DNA of 64,000 nucleotides from an uncultured Solirubrobacterales bacterium (GTDB lineage Bacteria > Actinomycetota > Thermoleophilia > Solirubrobacterales > Solirubrobacteraceae), in contig CAWFTL010000004.1 in the NCBI GenBank assembly GCA_963818815.1, positions 90,717-154,716 of the forward strand, read 5' to 3'. Position numbers and translations under genes: made by a program. This document shows positions 56,444-64,000 of this stretch, piece after piece. Numbering within the stretch: the first letter of the stretch is position 1; every line of letters begins with the position of its first letter. The notes under the pieces are model-generated. The model had not been told where the DNA came from and did not search any database. It saw nothing but the letters and a program-made list of their open reading frames with translations.

Positions 56444-56516
56444 TACCGCTACCGGGATTCGAACCCGGGTTTCCGCCGTGAGAGGGCGGCGTCCTAGTCC
56501 CCTAGACGATAGCGGC
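56444..56516 (-). tRNA. tRNA-Glu (anticodon CTC)
   Basis: GCCGCTA acceptor, CCGCC-CT-CTC-AC-GGCGG anticodon arm, GGTTCGAATCC T-arm. CCA not encoded. Confidence 0.96.
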
Positions 56517-56678
56517 GAGATGGGGTCGATCGGGACCGTGGCGCGTGGGCCGACGACAAGATCGACCACCTCAGCGTAGCGGCGAAAGGTTAGCGAGTGG
56601 GGTCGCAGCGATCCGGCGGCGAGACGCCGCCGGAGCTGGCGAGAGACCGCGGCCAACTGCTACCTTGATTCGCCACCC

Positions 56679-56762
56679 GCGGCTGTGGCGGAATTGGTCT
56701 ACGCGCACGGTTCAGGTCCGTGTGGGCGAAAGCCCTTGGGGGTTCGAGTCCCTCCAGCCGCA
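56679..56762 (+). tRNA. tRNA-Leu (anticodon CAG)
   Basis: GCGGCTG/CAGCCGC acceptor, CACGG-TT-CAG-GT-CCGTG arm, long variable arm GGGCGAAAGCCC, GGTTCGAGTCC. Confidence 0.96.
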
Positions 56763-56818
56763 TGCGGATCGCACGCCAAAAGTGGGGCGCTCTCGGCGGT
56801 CGCGGGCCGGCCGGAGGT

Positions 56819-56935
56819 ACCTGCTCTAAAGCCCAGCGTCGGGATCAAAAGCGAGCATTGGGGACCTGAGCACCCATGGAGTGCTCAACGTCCCAAGGTT
56901 CGACTCGAGCGCCAGCCGCGGGACGTTGAGCAGGT
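56819..56935. repeat. Nested inverted-repeat element downstream of tRNA-Leu
   Basis: TTGGGGACCTGAGCAC (56858-56873) / GTGCTCAACGTCCCAA (56881-56896) flank CCATGGA. A third copy GGGACGTTGAGCA lies at 56920-56932, with an outer pair ACCTGCTC/GAGCAGGT. Confidence 0.55.
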
Positions 56936-57147
56936 CTCCCTTCCCCGCGCGCGACCCGCCGCTCCCACCCACGTGCATCAGGGCGCAGATCCGCGCCCCA
57001 AAACCGAGCCTTGACGGCTCATGCAGGTAGAGCGTGCTTAATCCGCCAAGACTCGCCTCGCGGACGGGTCGTGGCGCGTTATGCACGCCCGCCGCCGCCA
57101 ATCCGGCCACCCGCGACTCGCCACCCCGCAAAACCCAACCCACCCCC

Positions 57148-57705
57148 TCACACATTCCACCGCCGAATGACCTCCGTCTCCCGTTCGAACCCCAGCACGC
57201 ACACAGCCCCCGCGGCCAGGGCGAGGCGGGCGCCCGCCATGACGTCCATGCCGATCCACCGCGCAGCCACCACGCGCAGGATGTGGCCGTGGGCGAACAC
57301 CAGGACATCGCCCTCCGCGGCCCGCACCCGATCCAGCACGCGGTCCGCTCGCGCCGAGACCTCGGGAGGCTGCTCACCGCCGGGGCAGCCGTCCTGCCAC
57401 AGGTTCCAGTCGGGTCGGTCGACGCGGATCTGCGGGGTGGTCAGACCCTCATAGCTGCCGTAGTCCCACTCGTGCAGGTCGTCCGATACGTGCGCCGCCT
57501 CGCCGAAGCCGGCGATCTCGCACGTCTCGCGCGCGCGCAGGAGCGGACTGGTCAACACGAGCGCGAACTCGCTGCCTGAGAGCTCGCGCCCCAGCGCTTC
57601 AGCTCGGCGGCGCCCCTCGTCGATCAGCGGCAGGTCGGTCCGGCTCGTGTGCTGGCCGGACAGGCTCCACTCGGTCTCACCGTGACGGACGAGGACGATC
57701 TGCAG
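57148..57705 (-). CDS. Histidine phosphatase (phosphoglycerate mutase-like) family
   Basis: IVLVRHGETEWS, TSPLLRARET, LHEWDYG.YEG, FAHGHILR. The most plausible start is CTG at 57705. Confidence 0.88.
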   Translation of the reverse strand: MQIVLVRHGETEWSLSGQHTSRTDLPLIDEGRRRAEALGRELSGSEFALVLTSPLLRARETCEIAGFGEAAHVSDDLHEWDYGSYEGLTTPQIRVDRPDWNLWQDGCPGGEQPPEVSARADRVLDRVRAAEGDVLVFAHGHILRVVAARWIGMDVMAGARLALAAGAVCVLGFERETEVIRRWNV

Positions 57706-57721
57706 GGCGGCGCTCCGGGCC

Positions 57722-58201
57722 TCAGCGAACCGCTTCGCCCTCGGATGCGTAGCCGCCCCCGGTGCGCTCGATCTCCAGCACCTTCGCCCGGCGGCGGACG
57801 TGACGCTCCTCATCGCTCACCTGGGCGCTCAGGAACGCGGCGACGATCTCCGCCGCGACCTCGACGCCGATCACCCGCCCTCCCAGGCAGAGCACGTTGA
57901 CGTCATCGTGCTCGACCGCCTGGTGGGCGGTGTAGGTGTCGTGGATCGTTGCCGCTTGAACGCCGCGGATCTTGCACGCCGCCACAGAGACACCGGCGCC
58001 GGATCCGCACACGATGATCCCGCGCTCGGCCTCTCCCGAGACGACCGCGCGGCCCACCGCCAGCGCCTTGTCGGGGTAGTCGATCGGCTCTGCGCTATCC
58101 GTCCCCAGGTCGAGCACCTCATGGCCCAGATCCGCGATCAGCCCCAGGAGCCGCGGCCGCAGCGGCACTCCGGCGTGATCGAACCCGCAGGCGACGATCA
58201 A
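57722..58201 (-). CDS. rpiB: Ribose-5-phosphate isomerase B
   Basis: GFDHAG, DYPD, CGSGAG, ACKIRG, HDDVNVLCLGGR, RHVRR. Confidence 0.93.
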   Translation of the reverse strand: MIVACGFDHAGVPLRPRLLGLIADLGHEVLDLGTDSAEPIDYPDKALAVGRAVVSGEAERGIIVCGSGAGVSVAACKIRGVQAATIHDTYTAHQAVEHDDVNVLCLGGRVIGVEVAAEIVAAFLSAQVSDEERHVRRRAKVLEIERTGGGYASEGEAVR

Positions 58202-59202
58202 CGGCCCATCTCCCGGTCTGGCACCTGCTGAGTCGGGGGTGGGGCATCGACCGCCTCGAGTTCGTGAACCGCCAGGAGGGCCGCCCCCAGCACGCCCGCG
58301 CGCACGCCGTGGCGGGCCAGCCGGATCGTCGTCTTCGTCCCGAGCCCGGGCAGCACATACCCGGCGGCTACCCGCTTGGCGGGCTCGAGCAGGAGCTCGC
58401 GGGCCTGGGCGGCGCCTCCTCCGATCACCACCTCCTCAGGGTCGAAGGTGTTGATCGCATTGGCCACTCCGACGCCCAGCCGCTGGCCCCAGATCTCCAC
58501 CATCCGCGCCGCGGCGCCGTCCCCGTCCTGCGCCGCCTTCACCGCGTCTGCGCCGAGGACCGACTCGCCCTTCTCGTGCAGGCGTCCGAGCGCCGACTCG
58601 GGATGCAGGTTGGCCGCCTGCGCGGCCAGGCGATCGAGGGCGTGGCCGGAGGCGACGAACTCGAGCGACCCGGGCTGGGGAAACGCGCCCATCGGGGACG
58701 GGACGGCGCCCGCCAGGTCGAGTCCGACGATCGTGTGCCCCAGCTCCCCCGCAGCCCCGGTGGCGCCCCGATAGATCCTGCCGCCGAGCACCAGCCCACC
58801 CCCCACGCCGGTTCCGACCGTGATCATCACGAGGTCGTGGGCGACGAGCCGAAGATGCTCGTCGTGGGCCTCGGCCAGCGCCGCGACGGTGGCGTCGTTG
58901 TCGACGAACACCGGAACTCCGAGCCGCTCGGATAGAACCTGCCGAAGCTGCACGTCCTTCAGGGGCACGTTCACCGACGAGACGACCCGGCCGGTATCGA
59001 ATTCCACCACCGACGGGACGCCGATGCCCACGCCATCGAGCTCGTCGTCGGCCACCTTGCCGACCACGGCCACCAGCTGGTCGATCAGTGCGCCGCTGCT
59101 GCTGAGGTCCGTGTGCTCGACCAGCGACTCCGACAGCTCGCGCTCGCGGAGCGTCGCCATGGCCACCTTCGTCCCGCCGAGGTCGACACCGACGACCGTC
59201 AC
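58198..59202 (-). CDS. ROK-family sugar kinase (glucokinase)
   Basis: VDLGGTK, GIGVP, DNDATVAALAE, TVGTGVGGG, GELGH. Confidence 0.9.
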   Translation of the reverse strand: MTVVGVDLGGTKVAMATLRERELSESLVEHTDLSSSGALIDQLVAVVGKVADDELDGVGIGVPSVVEFDTGRVVSSVNVPLKDVQLRQVLSERLGVPVFVDNDATVAALAEAHDEHLRLVAHDLVMITVGTGVGGGLVLGGRIYRGATGAAGELGHTIVGLDLAGAVPSPMGAFPQPGSLEFVASGHALDRLAAQAANLHPESALGRLHEKGESVLGADAVKAAQDGDGAAARMVEIWGQRLGVGVANAINTFDPEEVVIGGGAAQARELLLEPAKRVAAGYVLPGLGTKTTIRLARHGVRAGVLGAALLAVHELEAVDAPPPTQQVPDREMGR

Positions 59203-59903
59203 AGCTGCTTCGCTGCCTCCGGGTCGAGGAGCACGGTCACCTTCTCGGCTTCGGAGGCCACAAGCGAGGCCGGCACATGCGGGTCGGGGCGGGCGTCGGG
59301 GCCGAACGCCTTCGCGACGGCCTCGGCCTTATCGGATCCGGCCACCAGGAAGACGACTGCGCGGCCGGACAGCAGTGCCGGCAGTGTCAGCGTGATGCGC
59401 GGAACGTACGGCTCGAAGCCGGCCTCAGGCACGCCGGTGACCAGCCGCGAGCGTTCCTGGAGGGACGGCTGACCGGGGAACATCGAGGCGATGTGGGCAT
59501 CGGGACCGAGCCCCAGGAGCACGAGGTCGAAGGGCTGCGAGCGGTCCCGTTCTTTCAGCGAGCGCTCGTAGTCCTCGGCGCCCGCCTCGGGACCCAGCTC
59601 ACCCTTCATCCGGAAAACGTGCGGCTGGTTGTCCCGCCCGAGCGGCTCGAACAGGCTCTGCTTGGCCATCAGGTAGTTGGAGCGCTCGTCGTCGGGCTCG
59701 ACGCAGCGCTCATCGCCGAACCAGAAGGTGCTTTCCCGAAGGTCCAGGCCGACCGCCTGCACCGCCCGGACGAGCTCTTCGTAGGCGTTGCGGGGCGTCG
59801 AGCCCCCGGTCAGGACGACTTCGCCTCCGTCGGCCGCCGCCCCCAGCAGCATGGCCGCACAGGCTCGGGCGGGGTCGTCGAGTACCTCGATCTCGACGCT
59901 CAC
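59199..59903 (-). CDS. pgl: 6-phosphogluconolactonase
   Basis: LTGGSTP, FGDERCV..DDERSNY, LLGLGPDAHIASMFP, RITLT. Confidence 0.95.
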   Translation of the reverse strand: MSVEIEVLDDPARACAAMLLGAAADGGEVVLTGGSTPRNAYEELVRAVQAVGLDLRESTFWFGDERCVEPDDERSNYLMAKQSLFEPLGRDNQPHVFRMKGELGPEAGAEDYERSLKERDRSQPFDLVLLGLGPDAHIASMFPGQPSLQERSRLVTGVPEAGFEPYVPRITLTLPALLSGRAVVFLVAGSDKAEAVAKAFGPDARPDPHVPASLVASEAEKVTVLLDPEAAKQL

Positions 59904-60949
59904 GGGCAGAGCTCCCGTGCCGCCTCGAGCGCCGGCGCATAGGTCGGATCACGCAACAGCGCCTGCCTCACGCCCTCCCCCAGGATTCCGCCCTCACCGC
60001 GTGAGGCGCCCAGGACCTGCCAGCTGCGCTCGTCTCCGTCGGCGCTTCGCTGCTTCGCGCACAGCCCGCCCTGAGCGCGATCGAGCGAGAGCTCGAACCC
60101 GTTCTCGCAGCCGACGGTCACGCCGATCAGGCCCGGGACGTCCTGCTCGGCCGCCTCCAGACTGATCTTGACCCCGTCGCCGTTGCGCCTGGCGGCGCCA
60201 TGCAGCTCGCCGCTCCCGGCATCCTCGAGCGCTTGCGGCTCCCAGCCCAGGCGCGACGCCAGCCACCCGGCGAGCAGCAGGGCGCTCGCGGTCGAGTTGC
60301 GTTGATGGCGCACGGTCAGTCCTCCGAGCCGCCACAGGGACTTCTTGCGATCGGCAGGGTCGAAGGTGGCGGCCAGGCGCTCGCGCCAGGGCGTCGTGCG
60401 CAGCCAGGCCAGGTCGACGACGTAGGCTGAGTCCGCGGCCTCGGCTGCGCGAGCGAGGGCGGCTGCAGGCTCGGAGACGTCGTCGGAGTCGAGCAGCATG
60501 ACGTCGACCATGCCGCCAAGCGCGGCCGCGGCCTCGTCGTGCCCGTGTGGCGCCCAAAGCACGGTCGCGAGCTCGGATACGAGCACCGGGTCGACGATCG
60601 TGTCCAGCCGGGCCAGGTGCTCGGGGCCGATGTCGATCTCGACCTGTTCGCGGATCACGCCGAGTCCGCTTTCGGGCTCCGTGTAGTTCATGACGGCGGT
60701 CGCATCGAGCGTGCTGCGGCCCTGCTCGACCGCGCACAGCAGCGTGCGGGAGGCGTGGAACCGGCCGACGCGCTCGAGGCGGTTGGCGATCTCGCCCTTC
60801 CACTCGCGCTCGACGACGACGATCAGGTTCAGGACGCGTGCCGGGGCCAGCGAAGGATTCTCGGCATGCCGCCGGCGCAGCAGCTCGCGCAGCGCGGCGT
60901 CGATCGCATCGGGATTGGTGTCCCGCGCTGCCCAGACGTCGTCGCTCAT
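59900..60949 (-). CDS. opcA: Glucose-6-phosphate dehydrogenase assembly protein OpcA
   Basis: ARVLNLIVV, HASR, DLAWLRTTPWRE.LA..FD, LLAGWLASRLGW. Follows zwf. Confidence 0.88.
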   Translation of the reverse strand: MSDDVWAARDTNPDAIDAALRELLRRRHAENPSLAPARVLNLIVVVEREWKGEIANRLERVGRFHASRTLLCAVEQGRSTLDATAVMNYTEPESGLGVIREQVEIDIGPEHLARLDTIVDPVLVSELATVLWAPHGHDEAAAALGGMVDVMLLDSDDVSEPAAALARAAEAADSAYVVDLAWLRTTPWRERLAATFDPADRKKSLWRLGGLTVRHQRNSTASALLLAGWLASRLGWEPQALEDAGSGELHGAARRNGDGVKISLEAAEQDVPGLIGVTVGCENGFELSLDRAQGGLCAKQRSADGDERSWQVLGASRGEGGILGEGVRQALLRDPTYAPALEAARELCP

Positions 60950-60970
60950 GGGCAGACCTTGCTCACGAGC

Positions 60971-62515
60971 TCAGAGCCGTCGCCACCTGTGGCCTGGATT
61001 GAGCAGCTCGTCCGCCTCGTCCGGACCTGCGGACCCGGCCTTGTACTGCGGGATGGGCGTAGAGGTGTCCTCGTGCCATGCGGTGAGGATCGGGTCGATG
61101 ATCCCCCAAAGCGCCTCGATCTCGTCGTTGCGCGTGAACAGCGTGGCGTCGCCGCGCATGGCGTCGAGGATCAAGCGCTCGTAGGCCTCCGGCGACTCCG
61201 ACATGAACGATGTGCCGTAGCGGAACTCCATGTTGACGGGCCTGATCCGCATCGTCGGGCCGGGAATCTTGGCTCCGAGGGACACCGACACGCCTTCGTC
61301 AGGCTGCACGGTGAGGATCACCTGGTTGGCCTGAATTCCGACCGAGCCAGAGCTCTGGAACGCGAGGTGGGGAACCGGCTTGAGCGTCACGGCGATTTCG
61401 GTGACCTTGCGAGCCAGGCGCTTTCCGGTGCGCAGGTAGAACGGCACGCCGGACCAGCGCCAGTTCGAGATCTGCAGGCGCAGCGCGGCGTAGGTCTCGG
61501 TCCGAGAGTCCTCGGCGACGTCCTCCTCCTGCAGATAGCCCGGCACCTCGTCGCCGCCGACCACGCCAGGCCCGTACTGCGCGCGCAGCGACATGCTGCT
61601 CACGTCCTCGGGCGCGGGCGGCACGATCGCCTCCAGCACCTTGAGCTTCTCGTCTCGCAGCCGGTTGGCCTCGAAGGACGACGGTGGCTCCATGGTCAGC
61701 AGTGCCAGCAGCTGCAGCATGTGGTTCTGCACGAGGTCGCGCAGCGCGCCTGCTCCCTCGTAGTAGCCCGCGCGACCCTCGATCCCGATGTCCTCGGCTG
61801 CGGTGATCTGGACGTTGTCGATGAAGTTGCGGTTCCACACCGGCTCGAACAGCGCGTTGGCGAAGCGCAGCGCCAGCAGGTTCTGGACCGTCTCCTTGCC
61901 CAGGTAGTGGTCGATCCGGTAGACCTGCGACTCCGTGAAGACGTCGAGAACCGCTGCGTTCAAATCCCGCGCCGAGGCCAGGTCGTAGCCGAACGGCTTC
62001 TCGATGACGATCCGCGTATCCGCGTTTTCGCAGCGGTGCAGCCGGGCAGCCCCGAGCTTCTCCGTGATCACCGGAAAGAACTGCGGCGCGGTGGACAAGT
62101 AAAAGACGCGCGCCAGTGGCTGGCCCGCCTGCTCGTCGAACTCCGAGAGGGTGCGCTCGAGCTCGCTGTAGACGTTGTCGTCGTCGAAGGACCCGGGGAC
62201 GTAGCGCATGTTCGCGGTCAGGCCCTCGAGCACGTCCGCATCAGCCTCGCGCCGTGAGAAGCGCTCGATCGACTCGCGCACCATGGCTCGGAAGTCCTCG
62301 TGCGGCTGCTCTGAGCGCGCCACTCCGATCAGCTCGAACTGCTCGGGCAGCGATCCTTCGTGGGCGAGGTTGTAGAGCGCCGGCAGGAGCTTGCGGTGCG
62401 CGAGGTCTCCCGTGGCTCCGAAGATGACGAGCGCGGTGGGATGGACCGGCAGCCGCTCGAGGCCCTCGGTGAGCGGGTTCTCTTCCCGCTGCTGTTCCTC
62501 GACGGTGAGCGCCAT
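60971..62515 (-). CDS. zwf: Glucose-6-phosphate 1-dehydrogenase
   Basis: IFGATGDLA, IEKPFG, RIDHYLGKETVQN, RDLVQNH, YLRTGKRL, AYERL. ATG 62515. Confidence 0.98.
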   Translation of the reverse strand: MALTVEEQQREENPLTEGLERLPVHPTALVIFGATGDLAHRKLLPALYNLAHEGSLPEQFELIGVARSEQPHEDFRAMVRESIERFSRREADADVLEGLTANMRYVPGSFDDDNVYSELERTLSEFDEQAGQPLARVFYLSTAPQFFPVITEKLGAARLHRCENADTRIVIEKPFGYDLASARDLNAAVLDVFTESQVYRIDHYLGKETVQNLLALRFANALFEPVWNRNFIDNVQITAAEDIGIEGRAGYYEGAGALRDLVQNHMLQLLALLTMEPPSSFEANRLRDEKLKVLEAIVPPAPEDVSSMSLRAQYGPGVVGGDEVPGYLQEEDVAEDSRTETYAALRLQISNWRWSGVPFYLRTGKRLARKVTEIAVTLKPVPHLAFQSSGSVGIQANQVILTVQPDEGVSVSLGAKIPGPTMRIRPVNMEFRYGTSFMSESPEAYERLILDAMRGDATLFTRNDEIEALWGIIDPILTAWHEDTSTPIPQYKAGSAGPDEADELLNPGHRWRRL

Positions 62516-62528
62516 GGTGATCCGGTGC

Positions 62529-63431
62529 CTAGGCCTTCTTGACCGCGTGTCCGCCGAACTGATTGCGCAGAGCGGCCAGCATGCGCGCGCTGTAGTCGCC
62601 GTTGCCGCGGGAGTCGAAGCGGGTGAACAGCGAGGCCGCCAGCGCAGGCATGGGCACGTCGTGGTCGATCCCCGAGGCGAGCGTCCAGCGGCCCTCACCC
62701 GAGTCTTCGACGTAGCCCTCCAGCCCCTCCAGATCGTTGCCGTCGGCGGAGAAGGCGCGCGCTGCGAGCTCGAGCAGCCAGGAGCGCACGACCGACCCCT
62801 GTCCCCAGAGGTTGGCGATCTTCTCCATGTCCAGGCCGTACTCCGACTTGTGCAAGAGCTCGAAGCCCTCGGCGTAGCCCTGCATGAGGGCGTACTCGAT
62901 GCCGTTGTGGACCATCTTCACGTAGTGACCTGATCCGGGGCCGCCCATGTGCGCCCAGCCGTCGGGGGGTGCCAGGACGTCGAGGATCGGGGCCAGCCGC
63001 GACACGTGCTCGTCGTCGCCTCCGACCATCATGCAGTAGCCGACCTCGAGCCCCCACACCCCGCCGCTGGTGCCGACGTCGACGAATCCGACGCTGCGGG
63101 CGCTGCACTGAGCGAAGCGGTCGATCGAGTCGGTCCACTTGGAGTTACCACCGTCGATGATCGTGTCGCCGGCCTCGAGCAGGTCGAGCAGCTGTTCGAT
63201 CGTCTGCTGAGTCGGCGCCCCAGCCGGAACCATGATCCACACGGCGCGCGGCGCCGAGAGCTGTGAGACGAGGTTCTCGAGCGAGTCGGCCCCGGACGCT
63301 CCGTGCTCCTCGGCGGCCTGCACGGCTTCCGCGCTGAAGTCGAAGGCGACGACCTCGTGATCGGAGTCGCGCCTGACCCGGTGGACCATGTTGCCCCCCA
63401 TCTTCCCCAGGCCGACGAACCCGATCTGCAT
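62529..63431 (-). CDS. gnd: 6-phosphogluconate dehydrogenase (decarboxylating, short form)
   Basis: GLGKMGGNM, IIDGGN, DVGTSGGVWG, VKMVHNGIEY, RNQFGGH. Confidence 0.96.
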   Translation of the reverse strand: MQIGFVGLGKMGGNMVHRVRRDSDHEVVAFDFSAEAVQAAEEHGASGADSLENLVSQLSAPRAVWIMVPAGAPTQQTIEQLLDLLEAGDTIIDGGNSKWTDSIDRFAQCSARSVGFVDVGTSGGVWGLEVGYCMMVGGDDEHVSRLAPILDVLAPPDGWAHMGGPGSGHYVKMVHNGIEYALMQGYAEGFELLHKSEYGLDMEKIANLWGQGSVVRSWLLELAARAFSADGNDLEGLEGYVEDSGEGRWTLASGIDHDVPMPALAASLFTRFDSRGNGDYSARMLAALRNQFGGHAVKKA

Positions 63432-63439
63432 CTCTGGAC

Positions 63440-64000
63440 CTAGCTCCCGTTCAGTAGCCCGGCGATGAGCTCGGTGAGCGCCTTCACATCCGCCACGGGA
63501 TCCTCTCCGAATTCCACCCGCTCCGCTTTCAGCCCGTGGTCGCGCAGGGTTTGCAGGTCGCCGGCGGCTTGTGCTGCGATCAGCGTGCCGAACGAGTAGC
63601 CGGCCCCAGGGATCTCGGCGTCGCGACGGGGCCGCGAGGTGAGCTGCAGGAAGCGGCCATTCGGCGCCCCTCCCTTGTGGAGCTGCCCCGTCGAGTGCAG
63701 GAACCGGGGGCCGTAGCCGAACGTCGTCGCCGCACCCGTGGCCGCTCTGATCGTCGCCCTCAGCTCACCGACCGCGGCGTCGAATGCCTCCGACGGCGGG
63801 ACGTAGCCCATGATCGCCACGTAGTGCGGTGGCTCTGCGTCGCCGAGCAGCGCCCGCAGCGCGTCGTCGCCGGCGGCCGCCTGCTCAGGCACCGTGCCCG
63901 AGTCCAGCACCCGCTTCGTGTTGTCCTTGGCCTCCTGGACGTTCGGCTGGTCGAACGGGTTGATCTCGAGCGTCCAGCCCGCCACGGCGACCGCGAATTC
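63440..64000 (-). CDS. C-terminal glucose-6-phosphate isomerase domain (tal-pgi-like), truncated by window edge
   Basis: INPFDQPNVQEAK, GYGPRFLHSTGQLHKGG, AQAAGD. Confidence 0.85.
   Translation of the reverse strand, partial: EFAVAVAGWTLEINPFDQPNVQEAKDNTKRVLDSGTVPEQAAAGDDALRALLGDAEPPHYVAIMGYVPPSEAFDAAVGELRATIRAATGAATTFGYGPRFLHSTGQLHKGGAPNGRFLQLTSRPRRDAEIPGAGYSFGTLIAAQAAGDLQTLRDHGLKAERVEFGEDPVADVKALTELIAGLLNGS

Noticed and set aside
1-64000. CRISPR arrays, integrases, transposases, rRNA
   Set aside because: No regularly spaced repeats or recognisable recombinase/transposase/rRNA motifs were seen.

Overview
High-GC (visually about 70-75%) actinobacterial chromosome segment. Gene content suggests Thermoleophilia/Solirubrobacterales (inference). 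From left to right: the end of an exopolysaccharide/glycosylation locus and a tiny LPFTG sortase-type substrate; gatCAB; three tandem paralogous membrane proteins; folD; pcrA; a queuosine-salvage hydrolase; a strongly degenerate Rho paralogue; folP; glpD; a c-di-AMP riboswitch ahead of an atypical PG-binding/M23 protein; a split pntA1-A2-B transhydrogenase operon; a cobalamin-riboswitch-controlled ECF uptake operon with divergent pduO; SDRs; a K+/osmostress cluster (OpuC-like ABC, KimA-like permease, three APC-USP fusions, N-terminally truncated KdpD, KdpE); stress and hypothetical genes; tRNA-Glu(CTC) and tRNA-Leu(CAG); and an oxidative pentose-phosphate operon. The strongest candidate for a new system is the B12 operon. 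A CbrT-type S-component is fused to an extracellular alpha6/alpha6-barrel-like domain, and two separate DUF4430-like (transcobalamin beta-domain-like) proteins are co-encoded. Together they look like a bacterial split transcobalamin/intrinsic factor feeding an ECF transporter. All family assignments come from motif recognition by eye; no searches were run.
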